Below are positions 9,966-17,618 of a stretch of 64,000 bases of DNA, in pieces; the stretch's first letter is position 1, and each line of letters opens with the position of its first letter. Source of the stretch: a virus; IMG/VR virus record IMGVR_UViG_3300037296_000220, positions 1 to 64,000 of that record; one strand, given 5' to 3'. The notes beneath the pieces were generated by a model that made no database searches, had not been told where the DNA came from, and saw only the letters and a list, made by a program, of their open reading frames with translations. The position numbers were made by a program, and so were the translations under genes.

Positions 9966-10274
9966 TCACAATTCCTCTTTTGCCCAGAAAAAGCCGCATA
10001 GCAGAAAGTAAGCAGAGACCAGGAACAGAACAACCCCAGCCAGGCACTTCGCGACCGTGAGAGTAATTGTGCCCAGGCCGGTCGCCGTCACCCAAATAAA
10101 GCCCTCTGTGCCCACAAAGGTGAGAAACAGCACAACGGCCGCGAGCACCATTACAGCGAGCAGAGCAAGCCCCATGATGACCACAACCGCCAGAGGCATG
10201 AAGATCAGTCCGTAGTAGAGCCCGGTAATGACCTGTTTGATCACCGGGTGCCCGTCAGTCATACAGAATTTCAT
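9966..10274 (-). CDS. Hypothetical membrane protein
   Basis: Strongly hydrophobic ORF at the end of an operon. Confidence 0.6.
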   Translation of the reverse strand: MKFCMTDGHPVIKQVITGLYYGLIFMPLAVVVIMGLALLAVMVLAAVVLFLTFVGTEGFIWVTATGLGTITLTVAKCLAGVVLFLVSAYFLLCGFFWAKEEL

Positions 10275-10406
10275 AAGTCTTCCATCATCTTGCTGTAGAA
10301 AATCGCCTCACCCAGCGTCGCGAAGTCCCGGGACTTGAACAGTCTGCCCCAGAACCCGCGATACACTAGAACCCAACACCCGGGGCTTTCCGGGTGATAC
10401 AGCCAC

Positions 10407-11075
10407 TCAGCTCGCAGCCCGAACATTTGGACCCGCCTTCTTCTTCGTGTAATACTGACCAATGGCCCAGACCAGGGCCCTGCGGCACCAGATATAGCGA
10501 TAGGTCCAGACCTGGCCACAGTTGTAGTTAAAGTCCTCGAACCGCAATACCTCTTCGCGAGTGGCCAAATAAATCGGGTCATCTTCATCCAGATTCAGTT
10601 CAGTCATGTCGAACTCGTACAGCGCCCGGCCCGCAGTGTGTTCGTTGTCCAGCTCATACTTCAGGTGGTCGAATACCATGCCCTTTAGACGATTCAGCTC
10701 ACCCTTTGGCACTTCCCAGTCATTCATCCAGTCGCTGATGCCTTCGCGCATGGAAGACTCGCTGTATTGCTCCACACCATTGCCGTGCACAGTGGCCGCC
10801 TGCAGTTTCTCTTGCCAGTAGCCAGGGTTGATGCCTTCAGTGCCGAAAAACTCGAACATGTCGGGCGTGCGACTGAACACAAAGCAGCCCATGTCGCCGC
10901 TGAAGCACAGATAGCCAGGCCAGGTGGTTATCCGAAAGTGCATGTTGCTGCTTCTGGGGCGCTTAAACAGCAAGTTGCGGAATACGCCATCTTCGCGCTC
11001 GATGGTCATTTCGTGCTCAGCCACATCCTTCTCAAACTGCGCCGGTGACACCGTGCCTTCATATAGATCGGTCAT
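10407..11075 (-). CDS. Phage hypothetical protein
   Basis: FRITTWPGYLCFSGDMGCFVF and YWQEKL motifs recalled from phage proteins; GGAG RBS. Confidence 0.75.
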   Translation of the reverse strand: MTDLYEGTVSPAQFEKDVAEHEMTIEREDGVFRNLLFKRPRSSNMHFRITTWPGYLCFSGDMGCFVFSRTPDMFEFFGTEGINPGYWQEKLQAATVHGNGVEQYSESSMREGISDWMNDWEVPKGELNRLKGMVFDHLKYELDNEHTAGRALYEFDMTELNLDEDDPIYLATREEVLRFEDFNYNCGQVWTYRYIWCRRALVWAIGQYYTKKKAGPNVRAAS

Positions 11076-11445
11076 GCTGTTCTCCTTCCTTCAGTAGTTT
11101 TCTGAGCGTTTGCAGCTCAGGCTTGAAGTATTCCAGCGGGTCGCCTTCATAGCGGTGCACATAAAGCTGAAAGTCGGTGTCCACGCTGTCGTCCACCTCT
11201 TTATAGCGGATGTAGTAGAGCCGCCCTTCGACCAGGTCGTCCATCAGACAGATTTCTGCATCTTCACAGGCGTCCTGAAACTCCTGCTTGATGGCGTCAA
11301 AGTTGCCGTACTCGGTGGGCTTCAGGGTCAGGCCAAATACCACTTGGTCCGCTCTGTCTCTGCCCACCATTCCCGACTTCTCAACTCGGTACAGGACAGG
11401 AACTGAAGTTTCTTGTCGGGTCGCCAGCATTTGAAGGTTGCTCAT
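11059..11445 (-). CDS. Hypothetical protein
   Basis: Translationally coupled in the operon. Confidence 0.65.
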   Translation of the reverse strand: MSNLQMLATRQETSVPVLYRVEKSGMVGRDRADQVVFGLTLKPTEYGNFDAIKQEFQDACEDAEICLMDDLVEGRLYYIRYKEVDDSVDTDFQLYVHRYEGDPLEYFKPELQTLRKLLKEGEQHDRSI

Positions 11446-12002
11446 GACGCCACCTGCTGTGCTGGCTTGGGTTGCAGAGCCTGCAACTCTCTGCGCAACT
11501 TCTGGGCGGTTTTCAAGTTCGCTTTGGCCACCTTTCTGTGTTCGCAGGCAATATCGGTCATTTCGACTATTTCCTTGTCCTTAGCGTCGCAGTTCCTGGT
11601 CAGCATAATGATCTTCTCACCCCGGTCAGCCGCCGTCTCTTGCGCCGCACGAAGGTCGCCTTTAAGCGAATCAACTCGCAAGCGACTCAGCGACAGGTGA
11701 TACTCCAACGAGTTGATGGTCGCACTGTCTTCCTTCTGGCTTTCATTCATGACCCGCTCTCGAATGGCCAGCTCGTCATTCAGAACTTTCACCTCCGTCT
11801 CCAGCTCTCGCACCCTTGCCTCAGATTTCTCCCATTCTTCCAGTTTGCTGAGCACCTGTATGTTCATTTCCGGCAACTTCTCTTCACTTGCGCCGTAGCT
11901 GTACTCGTTAATCTCACGCGGTAGATTGGCCAGTTCCGCAAAGATCACCTGGTTCGTCTCGATCAGATGGTTAATGAGGGTTTCGCGGTACTCGTTTGGC
12001 AT
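11442..12002 (-). CDS. Coiled-coil hypothetical protein
   Basis: AGGAG RBS; heptad-rich sequence. Confidence 0.7.
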   Translation of the reverse strand: MPNEYRETLINHLIETNQVIFAELANLPREINEYSYGASEEKLPEMNIQVLSKLEEWEKSEARVRELETEVKVLNDELAIRERVMNESQKEDSATINSLEYHLSLSRLRVDSLKGDLRAAQETAADRGEKIIMLTRNCDAKDKEIVEMTDIACEHRKVAKANLKTAQKLRRELQALQPKPAQQVAS

Positions 12003-12479
12003 GGTCTCTCCTGTTGCTTAGTTAGTTGTTTGTGTGAGCGTTCATAGTAGTGTTTTGCATCTGGCGAGTCTACTGCGGGGTTCGAGTGCCCGTGTGCGTG
12101 CCGGGTGAGCGCGGAGCGCGACTCCCGTCTCGTTGGGTGGGCTGTTGCGGAGTTTCGGCCTTGCCAGCGTTTGCTCAGGCGTCCTTGCCCGTCATCCCCG
12201 TGTGTTTGCGTGGGGTGTCCCTTGCGTCGCTCCTGCGGCCTTACAGGGCGTCCTGGCGGCAGAGCCCGAATTGAAGCCCTGCTGCCCTGCCCTCAGTGCC
12301 CGAAATGTGGCACTTCCAGCGTTTGCACCTTCCATTTCCTACCTGTCCCGGGGTGTGGACGATGTGGTGCGGTTTGGTTGCACGTTGCTGCGGGTATTGG
12401 TTGTTGTGAATGTAGCGGTAATACGGGTATTGAGTGTTTCGGCTCCGGCAAGTTGGCACCGCCCGGGCCACGCAGCATT

Positions 12480-12522
12480 AGCAGTTTCTAAGATGATAAC
12501 GATTATCATATTAGAAACTGCT
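12480..12522. repeat. 43-bp palindrome with Fur-box-like core
   Basis: AGCAGTTTCTAA-G-ATGATAA-CGA-TTATCAT-A-TTAGAAACTGCT. Confidence 0.85.
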
Positions 12523-12538
12523 GTATTAGTGCGTTGCA

Positions 12539-12560
12539 GAGCGCGCACTAATGCGCGCTC
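12539..12560 (-). terminator. Hairpin downstream of 12571..13116
   Basis: Perfect 9-bp stem GAGCGCGCA-CTAA-TGCGCGCTC; no clear U-tract. Confidence 0.5.
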
Positions 12561-12570
12561 ATTGTTGCAC

Positions 12571-13116
12571 TTAGTCGAACAGTGCAATCATTCGCTTGTA
12601 CAATGCTGAATCAGTCTTAAAAGTCATTGTCTGCGTAGACTTCTCATAATCAGCGACATCTAAGAACAAGCAGAAGCGTTTGAAGTAGTTCGCTTGTGTA
12701 TTCGTCTCGTGACTCATAGCGCGCTGTAAAGCGTCGATGCTGATAGATTCAGCATTGTTTACGACGATGACTGTCAGAGCGTTCAGTAATGCTTTATCGA
12801 GCTTGTTCTTGTCAGTCGCAGCAATCGCGTTCAGCGCGCTCATAAGACGCTTTTTCAATTCACGCGACTGATTAACAATTGATTCAGCGTTCAGCTTGAA
12901 CGTGTAGCACACTGCTAGTGCGTCACTGCTCAGCTCTGACAGTTTGCTGTCGTATTTAGCGTGCGTCGCAGAGCGCTGTTGAGCGCGCTTCACGTCTGTG
13001 TCTTTAGTCTCTTCGTACTGACTAGCGAACTGCTCAGAGCGTGTCAGATTGTCACTAGCAGACTGTGACACAGTAGCAGAGAAAGAAGAGATAAAATCAG
13101 TCTTTTTAATAGTCAT
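12571..13116 (-). CDS. Hypothetical Gly/Pro/Trp-free protein, possible C-terminal winged helix
   Basis: AGGA RBS and near-consensus promoter upstream; weak by-eye similarity to the C-terminal half of 28293..29051. Confidence 0.8.
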   Translation of the reverse strand: MTIKKTDFISSFSATVSQSASDNLTRSEQFASQYEETKDTDVKRAQQRSATHAKYDSKLSELSSDALAVCYTFKLNAESIVNQSRELKKRLMSALNAIAATDKNKLDKALLNALTVIVVNNAESISIDALQRAMSHETNTQANYFKRFCLFLDVADYEKSTQTMTFKTDSALYKRMIALFD

Positions 13117-13191
13117 GATAAGTCATCCTAAAACAGTGCAAGTGTGCGACTTGCTTCGCGTTGATTCGCTGCGTTGCGATTCAATAAGTTC

Positions 13192-13220
13192 ATAATAAAG
13201 TCTATGTCGCACACTGTCAA
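13192..13220 (-). promoter_or_regulatory. Strong sigma70 promoter with operator variant in the spacer
   Basis: TTGACA-17-TATTAT; CTATGTCGCACAC at 13202-13214. Confidence 0.8.
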
Positions 13221-13284
13221 ACAAAGTTGTAAGTTTGTTTATATCGCTTTCGCATAGAACGCACGTTCTATATCGGTTTATGTT

Positions 13285-13324
13285 CTATGTAACATAGTGA
13301 CTTTATTAATAGAAAGCGTACTAT
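13285..13324 (+). promoter_or_regulatory. Operator plus promoter of 13359..13652
   Basis: CTATGTAACATAG (13285-13297) abutting GTGACT-16-TACTAT. Confidence 0.6.
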
Positions 13325-13358
13325 ATACGTACACACACAAACGAAAGCGAGTCACATA

Positions 13359-13652
13359 ATGAAAGCTCTTGAGATTGTACGCACTGAACGCGCAGACAAA
13401 GCAGCACGCTACACAGTGCGCGCTATCGTGCGCGACTCTAACAGCGCTCTGAAAGTCGCAACGTTCAATGCACGCATTGCGCAAGATTCCAACTATCACT
13501 TGACCAGCTTCGTTTACAGCGAGTCGCGAAAGCTCCGCGCTATCGCTAAAGCATTCGATCAAGACCGCTTGAACGATTTTTTGATGACTGTTGAACAGTT
13601 GCTTTTTAGAGCGTACCGCTCAGACACTGAACGACAATTGTCCGCATTCTGA
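13359..13652 (+). CDS. Hypothetical Gly/Pro/Trp-free basic protein
   Basis: AGCGAG RBS-like site, own promoter, downstream hairpin at 13673-13709. Confidence 0.7.
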   Translation: MKALEIVRTERADKAARYTVRAIVRDSNSALKVATFNARIAQDSNYHLTSFVYSESRKLRAIAKAFDQDRLNDFLMTVEQLLFRAYRSDTERQLSAF

Positions 13653-13707
13653 TAAACGAGAATGACCCGCGAAAGCGAAAAAAGTGCAATAAAAGCGCTT
13701 TTTTCGC

Positions 13708-13736
13708 TTGACCTAAAAGTCTATGTGACATAGAAT
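13708..13736 (+). promoter_or_regulatory. Strong sigma70 promoter overlapped by operator
   Basis: TTGACC-17-TAGAAT; CTATGTGACATAG at 13721-13733. Confidence 0.75.
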
Positions 13737-14120
13737 AGCTTTATTGAATCAGAGCGAGATTGAAATCAGCCAAAAACCGAATTTTGACAAGTCACCACGG
13801 CACGCACGCAACCGCGAGTGAAAACCGCTCCTGCGCCGCATTCCTGGCCATTCCCGTTTCCGCTCGCCGTTTCGAGGCCGCGGCACTACCACCCTTATTA
13901 CTTCGGTGCCTTATACCTATAGCCGCTCCTATAGGAAAAACCCGCGGCTCCCCGCCCTATGGCGTACCTTGGGCCGTTTCCTATGGCGGCCCCTATAGGA
14001 AAACCCCAGGCCGTTCCCTATGGCCGCTTACTGGCAAACCATGGTGTCCCGGGTGCACTGAACCCATGGGCTCACCACGGCTGCAGATCCCCTTGGCCCC
14101 ACCAGGGCTTTTCTTCAGGC

Positions 14121-14145
14121 AAAAAGAAACCCGCACTGAGCGGGT
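14121..14145 (-). terminator. Intrinsic terminator
   Basis: ACCCGC-TCAGT-GCGGGT-TTCTTTTT on the minus strand. Confidence 0.8.
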
Positions 14146-14362
14146 CAAAGGTTTTTAGGATGTCTTTCTGATTACGCCCGCACAGACCTGGTACCGCGCC
14201 CGGAACAAAGGTCAGTTTGGTCAGTGCTCGATGCAGGGCCGATAAGCGAGAGAACCGGCCTTACTGAGCGTCCACACAACACTTGAACACCTGGCTGTCT
14301 GATAACCCTATCTGAGTCGAATCAATCCAGCGTGTCTGCTCTGTTAGTCTGTGCGAGCGATG
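14121..14362 (-). ncRNA. Putative structured non-coding RNA
   Basis: -10 TATACT at 14369-14374; 14-bp closing stem 14346-14359/14175-14188; internal hairpins; no AUG; terminator at 14121-14145. Confidence 0.6.
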
Positions 14363-14638
14363 AAATGAAGTATACAGCGCTTTGATAGTTAATCACTACT
14401 GGGCCTCAGTCCCTGTTAGGTAGTCACTATAGTCGTCACGGAGCTGCTATAGGTGTATGCGTGGGAGCCGGGGTGGGACGGACCGTCATTATACGCGTAT
14501 GCCGGTGAGAGAAAGACCGTCATTGACAGCGTCTGAGAGCGTGCTGAGTGAACGGGGTGCTGTGAGTGCTACGTGTGTACTAACTGAGTGTGGGAACGTG
14601 CTTGCAGACGTGCTCAGCGTGCTTCCCTGCACTGCCCT

Positions 14639-14839
14639 TTAGCGTGATTGACGTGCTGCGCGTATCAGTCGAGCAATCTCATCCTGGTACGCTTGTTGAG
14701 CGGGGCTCAAAGTGGGCTTGTAGCGATTGTACTGCTTGGGCTTGTTCTTAGGTGGCAGCACTGTGGTCAGTGGAAACTGCTCAGCCTGTTGTTGCAGGTC
14801 TTCGTGGATCTCATTGCGTGTGTTGGGACCGATGGACAT
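14639..14839 (-). CDS. Small hypothetical protein (paralog of 15405..15587)
   Basis: Shared NTRN, TVLPPKxKPK and TLSPAQQxYQDE motifs. Confidence 0.8.
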   Translation of the reverse strand: MSIGPNTRNEIHEDLQQQAEQFPLTTVLPPKNKPKQYNRYKPTLSPAQQAYQDEIARLIRAARQSR

Positions 14840-14983
14840 AGGGTCTCACTTAGTTGTGTGTGTTGTGTGTGCAGGCGTGATTGTAACCACGGGTAAGGCG
14901 CTGTAAAGGTTCAAACAGACGCCGCGGCCCCCCCAAGGGTGTCTATCACTGTTTCAAACGGGGCATAAGCCCCGTCAGAGCGA

Positions 14984-15229
14984 TTACAGCAGGGACGCTT
15001 GCTCTTCCCAGAACGCTTGCTCTTCGAGCGGTTCAAACTGCATGTTTTGCAGCATGTCCCAGGCCATCTCTTTCTCGGCCTCGATCTGACGCTGACGGTC
15101 TTCCCAGACTGTGTCTTCATCCCACTCTTTGGCCCAGTGCTCGATGTCGTCCTGGCGATCCTCTTCTTCAGCATCAAACTGAGCGGTCAGGTAGTCCAGG
15201 TCGCGGGTTTCGTTGTATTGAATGGTCAT
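14984..15229 (-). CDS. Small highly acidic protein
   Basis: Own CCACAG-type promoter and AGCGAG RBS; D/E/W-rich. Confidence 0.7.
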   Translation of the reverse strand: MTIQYNETRDLDYLTAQFDAEEEDRQDDIEHWAKEWDEDTVWEDRQRQIEAEKEMAWDMLQNMQFEPLEEQAFWEEQASLL

Positions 15230-15404
15230 GATGTGTCTCGCTGTGCTTGTGTGTAAGTACACTCTAAGCAGCTGACAGAGGCACTTCTACTGTGGCAACA
15301 GGTTCACCAGTGCGACACCAGGCTGAAGCCACGGGACTACCGCGGGACTACCGCGGCTGTGACTGCACTGAACAGACCCGGTGAAAGCCGGGTCATTTGA
15401 GTGG

Positions 15405-15587
15405 TTACTTCAGACGCTTCAGTTCATCCTGGTACGACTGCTGAGCGGGGCTCAGTGTTGCGGTGTATGTGCTGCGCACTTTCGGCTTTTTCTTAGGTGG
15501 CAGCACAGTGATCTGACCGCCCCAGTTGCTGCTCTGCTGCTCTATAGCGTCGTGTTCTGCGTTGCGTGTGTTTTGCATGATGCTCAT
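15405..15587 (-). CDS. Small hypothetical protein (paralog of 14639..14839)
   Basis: Same motifs as its paralog; own CCACAG-type promoter. Confidence 0.8.
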   Translation of the reverse strand: MSIMQNTRNAEHDAIEQQSSNWGGQITVLPPKKKPKVRSTYTATLSPAQQSYQDELKRLK

Positions 15588-15899
15588 AGTGGTATCTCGC
15601 TGTGCGCGCTCTCAGAGCGCTTGTGTGTGATGTCTCAATCGACAGACACATGATGACAAGCGCTGAGAGGCGTCTCTACTGTGGCAACTGGCGAGCCAGA
15701 CAGCAGCCGCGGGAGCGCCAAGGGACACCACGGGGAGGCACAGCCGCGGTATGACCATGGCTCCCCGTGGTTCACCAGACGCCGCGGCACTCCCACGGCG
15801 GCACCGCTGTTTAAAAATGGCAGTGCACATCACGGCACTGCCATTCTCACCTAATCTACCCAGCCCCTCATACCTATGGCGGTCCCTATAGGAAATCCA

Positions 15900-16466
15900 T
15901 TACTCGTCACGCTGCCGTTGGTAGCCCTGCTCAGCTTCCTGGGTGCGCAACTTAGCAAAAGCATCCAGATCCGCCCGATCCCAGCCCTTGCGGGCCAGTA
16001 TCATCCCCATGCGACCCAGGGCTTCTGCGTGGCGTTTATCTTCGTCGACGCAGTAATCCCATTCACTCCCGAACATATAGGTCCACAGGTCACCAAATCG
16101 TTCATTCATCACCTGGTCTGAGAACTGCGGTGGGCCGTACAGCTCCGGGTTCAAGTCCCGGCTCAGTGCCCCATGACCCAGGACACACGCAGTGCTGCCA
16201 CAGGGAAACAAGCAGTGCTTCACCGTCAGCTTGGAGTTGGACTGACAAGAGTTTTCGACCATCAACTGATGAAAATCGGGCACCAGCTCTGATATATCCT
16301 GAGACAGGCGGTAGTAGCTGCTCATTCTCACCGTCTCAGGCTTCACGTTGTCACGCAGATGCTCATAGAGCCGCTGCAACAGATCCCAGTTGACCCCGTT
16401 CTCTGCGTGCTCCCCATACGCGTGTGTACCTGCCGGGGTGGGATGGACCGTCGTTTCTACTGGCAT
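15900..16466 (-). CDS. Hypothetical protein with CGSTACxxGH motif
   Basis: Tandem paralog of 16457..16960. Confidence 0.75.
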   Translation of the reverse strand: MPVETTVHPTPAGTHAYGEHAENGVNWDLLQRLYEHLRDNVKPETVRMSSYYRLSQDISELVPDFHQLMVENSCQSNSKLTVKHCLFPCGSTACVLGHGALSRDLNPELYGPPQFSDQVMNERFGDLWTYMFGSEWDYCVDEDKRHAEALGRMGMILARKGWDRADLDAFAKLRTQEAEQGYQRQRDE

Positions 16467-16960
16467 GAGTCAATGTCCTCTATTGCTGCTGTGAGGCTGG
16501 ACCGCTGATGAAAGGCGTGCTCTGCCACCTCTTTCATACGGTTGTAATCCATTGTCGGCAACAGCTCGATGGCTTCATCCAGGCGGGCTATGGCGCTGAC
16601 CCACTGCTTCTGGGGTGGGATGTCGTTGCTGTTGCTGTCTACAGACCATTCACCTGAGAACAGAAAGTCCCAGATACAGCCACTCTCTTTCGCACCCAGC
16701 ACCTGCGCTACAAATTTACGCGGAGCTAGCTTCAGAGGGTTCAGCTCAGGATTCAGGCAGGCATGGCCAATCACACAAGCGGTGCTACCACAAGGGAACG
16801 CTTTACCGTTCCAGGAATTGATATAGTTCTGGTTGTGTCGTTGTCGCACACCACTAAAGAAGGTGCCGATGTGAAACTGCTCATGGTTCACTTGCTCAGC
16901 CAGGAACGTTCGCAACCACTTCAGGTTCTTGATGTTCACCTTATGTGCGCCCATGCTCAT
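16457..16960 (-). CDS. Hypothetical protein with CGSTACxxGH motif
   Basis: Tandem paralog of 15900..16466. Confidence 0.75.
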   Translation of the reverse strand: MSMGAHKVNIKNLKWLRTFLAEQVNHEQFHIGTFFSGVRQRHNQNYINSWNGKAFPCGSTACVIGHACLNPELNPLKLAPRKFVAQVLGAKESGCIWDFLFSGEWSVDSNSNDIPPQKQWVSAIARLDEAIELLPTMDYNRMKEVAEHAFHQRSSLTAAIEDIDSCQ

Positions 16961-17178
16961 GAGGTCACCTCACTCGGGACAGTCGTCAAACCGTTGTGAC
17001 GCAGGTCATTGAGAAACAGAAAGTTCTCGACCTGGTCCTGATCCCAGTCGGTCACAATCTCCAGGGCCTTTGGCTCTTCGTGAATCACGGGAATGGCCCG
17101 CTTGCCACTCAGCCCACCCATGACCAACTCTTTGTCGACCTTGTGGGCGAACTCAATACGGTGTCGCTGCATCTTCAT
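16957..17178 (-). CDS. Hypothetical protein
   Basis: GAGG RBS within the dispersed leader motif. Confidence 0.7.
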   Translation of the reverse strand: MKMQRHRIEFAHKVDKELVMGGLSGKRAIPVIHEEPKALEIVTDWDQDQVENFLFLNDLRHNGLTTVPSEVTS

Positions 17179-17255
17179 GTAAACCTCACTTACTTGTTTG
17201 TGTGTTTAGAGAGTATCGCAGCACACATGAGGCACTGCAACACTGGGTCGCGCTT

Positions 17256-17618
17256 TTACTCTGGCACCCACTCACCCACCTTATGCACCAACTGATGCAG
17301 CTGACCCACTGTCATCGTGGCTGGGAGTGTGTCGCCGTTACTGTACTTGTACCCGGTCACAATCAATGTCCCGATCAATACGCTGGCCAATGTATCTGCG
17401 ATCCAGCTCACCTGAAACAGGGGCGAGCCTTCTTCAGCGGTGAACATCGCGTCATCGTCTGCCCAGACACAGTGATCATTCCCAATGTAGCCTGCCCCGG
17501 TCACAGTCTGGCAGCCGATCTCCTGGTACAGGGAGGTCAACACCTCGTCCGGGTTCAGCTCCACCTCTACCACCTGAGTGGGCTCACCCGGCTCTGCCAT
17601 GATCTTTAACGCTCGCAT
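17256..17618 (-). CDS. DUF3846-like hypothetical protein
   Basis: GGAG RBS before MRALKI; LYQEIGC...WADDDA...GTLIVTG pattern. Confidence 0.65.
   Translation of the reverse strand: MRALKIMAEPGEPTQVVEVELNPDEVLTSLYQEIGCQTVTGAGYIGNDHCVWADDDAMFTAEEGSPLFQVSWIADTLASVLIGTLIVTGYKYSNGDTLPATMTVGQLHQLVHKVGEWVPE

Noticed and set aside
12070-12095. tRNA T-loop-like GGTTCGAGT
   Set aside because: The T stem is mismatched, no cloverleaf forms, and it overlaps a promoter box
12480-12522. Protelomerase (telRL-like) site
   Set aside because: The centre is an odd, non-palindromic 3-nt spacer, and no protelomerase is recognisable in the window
13760-14158. 132-aa ORF
   Set aside because: TTG start with a badly spaced RBS; the Pro/Gly-rich translation simply reflects the DNA repeats
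14175-14359. Retron msr-msd (terminal inverted repeats)
   Set aside because: No reverse transcriptase is encoded nearby or anywhere in the window
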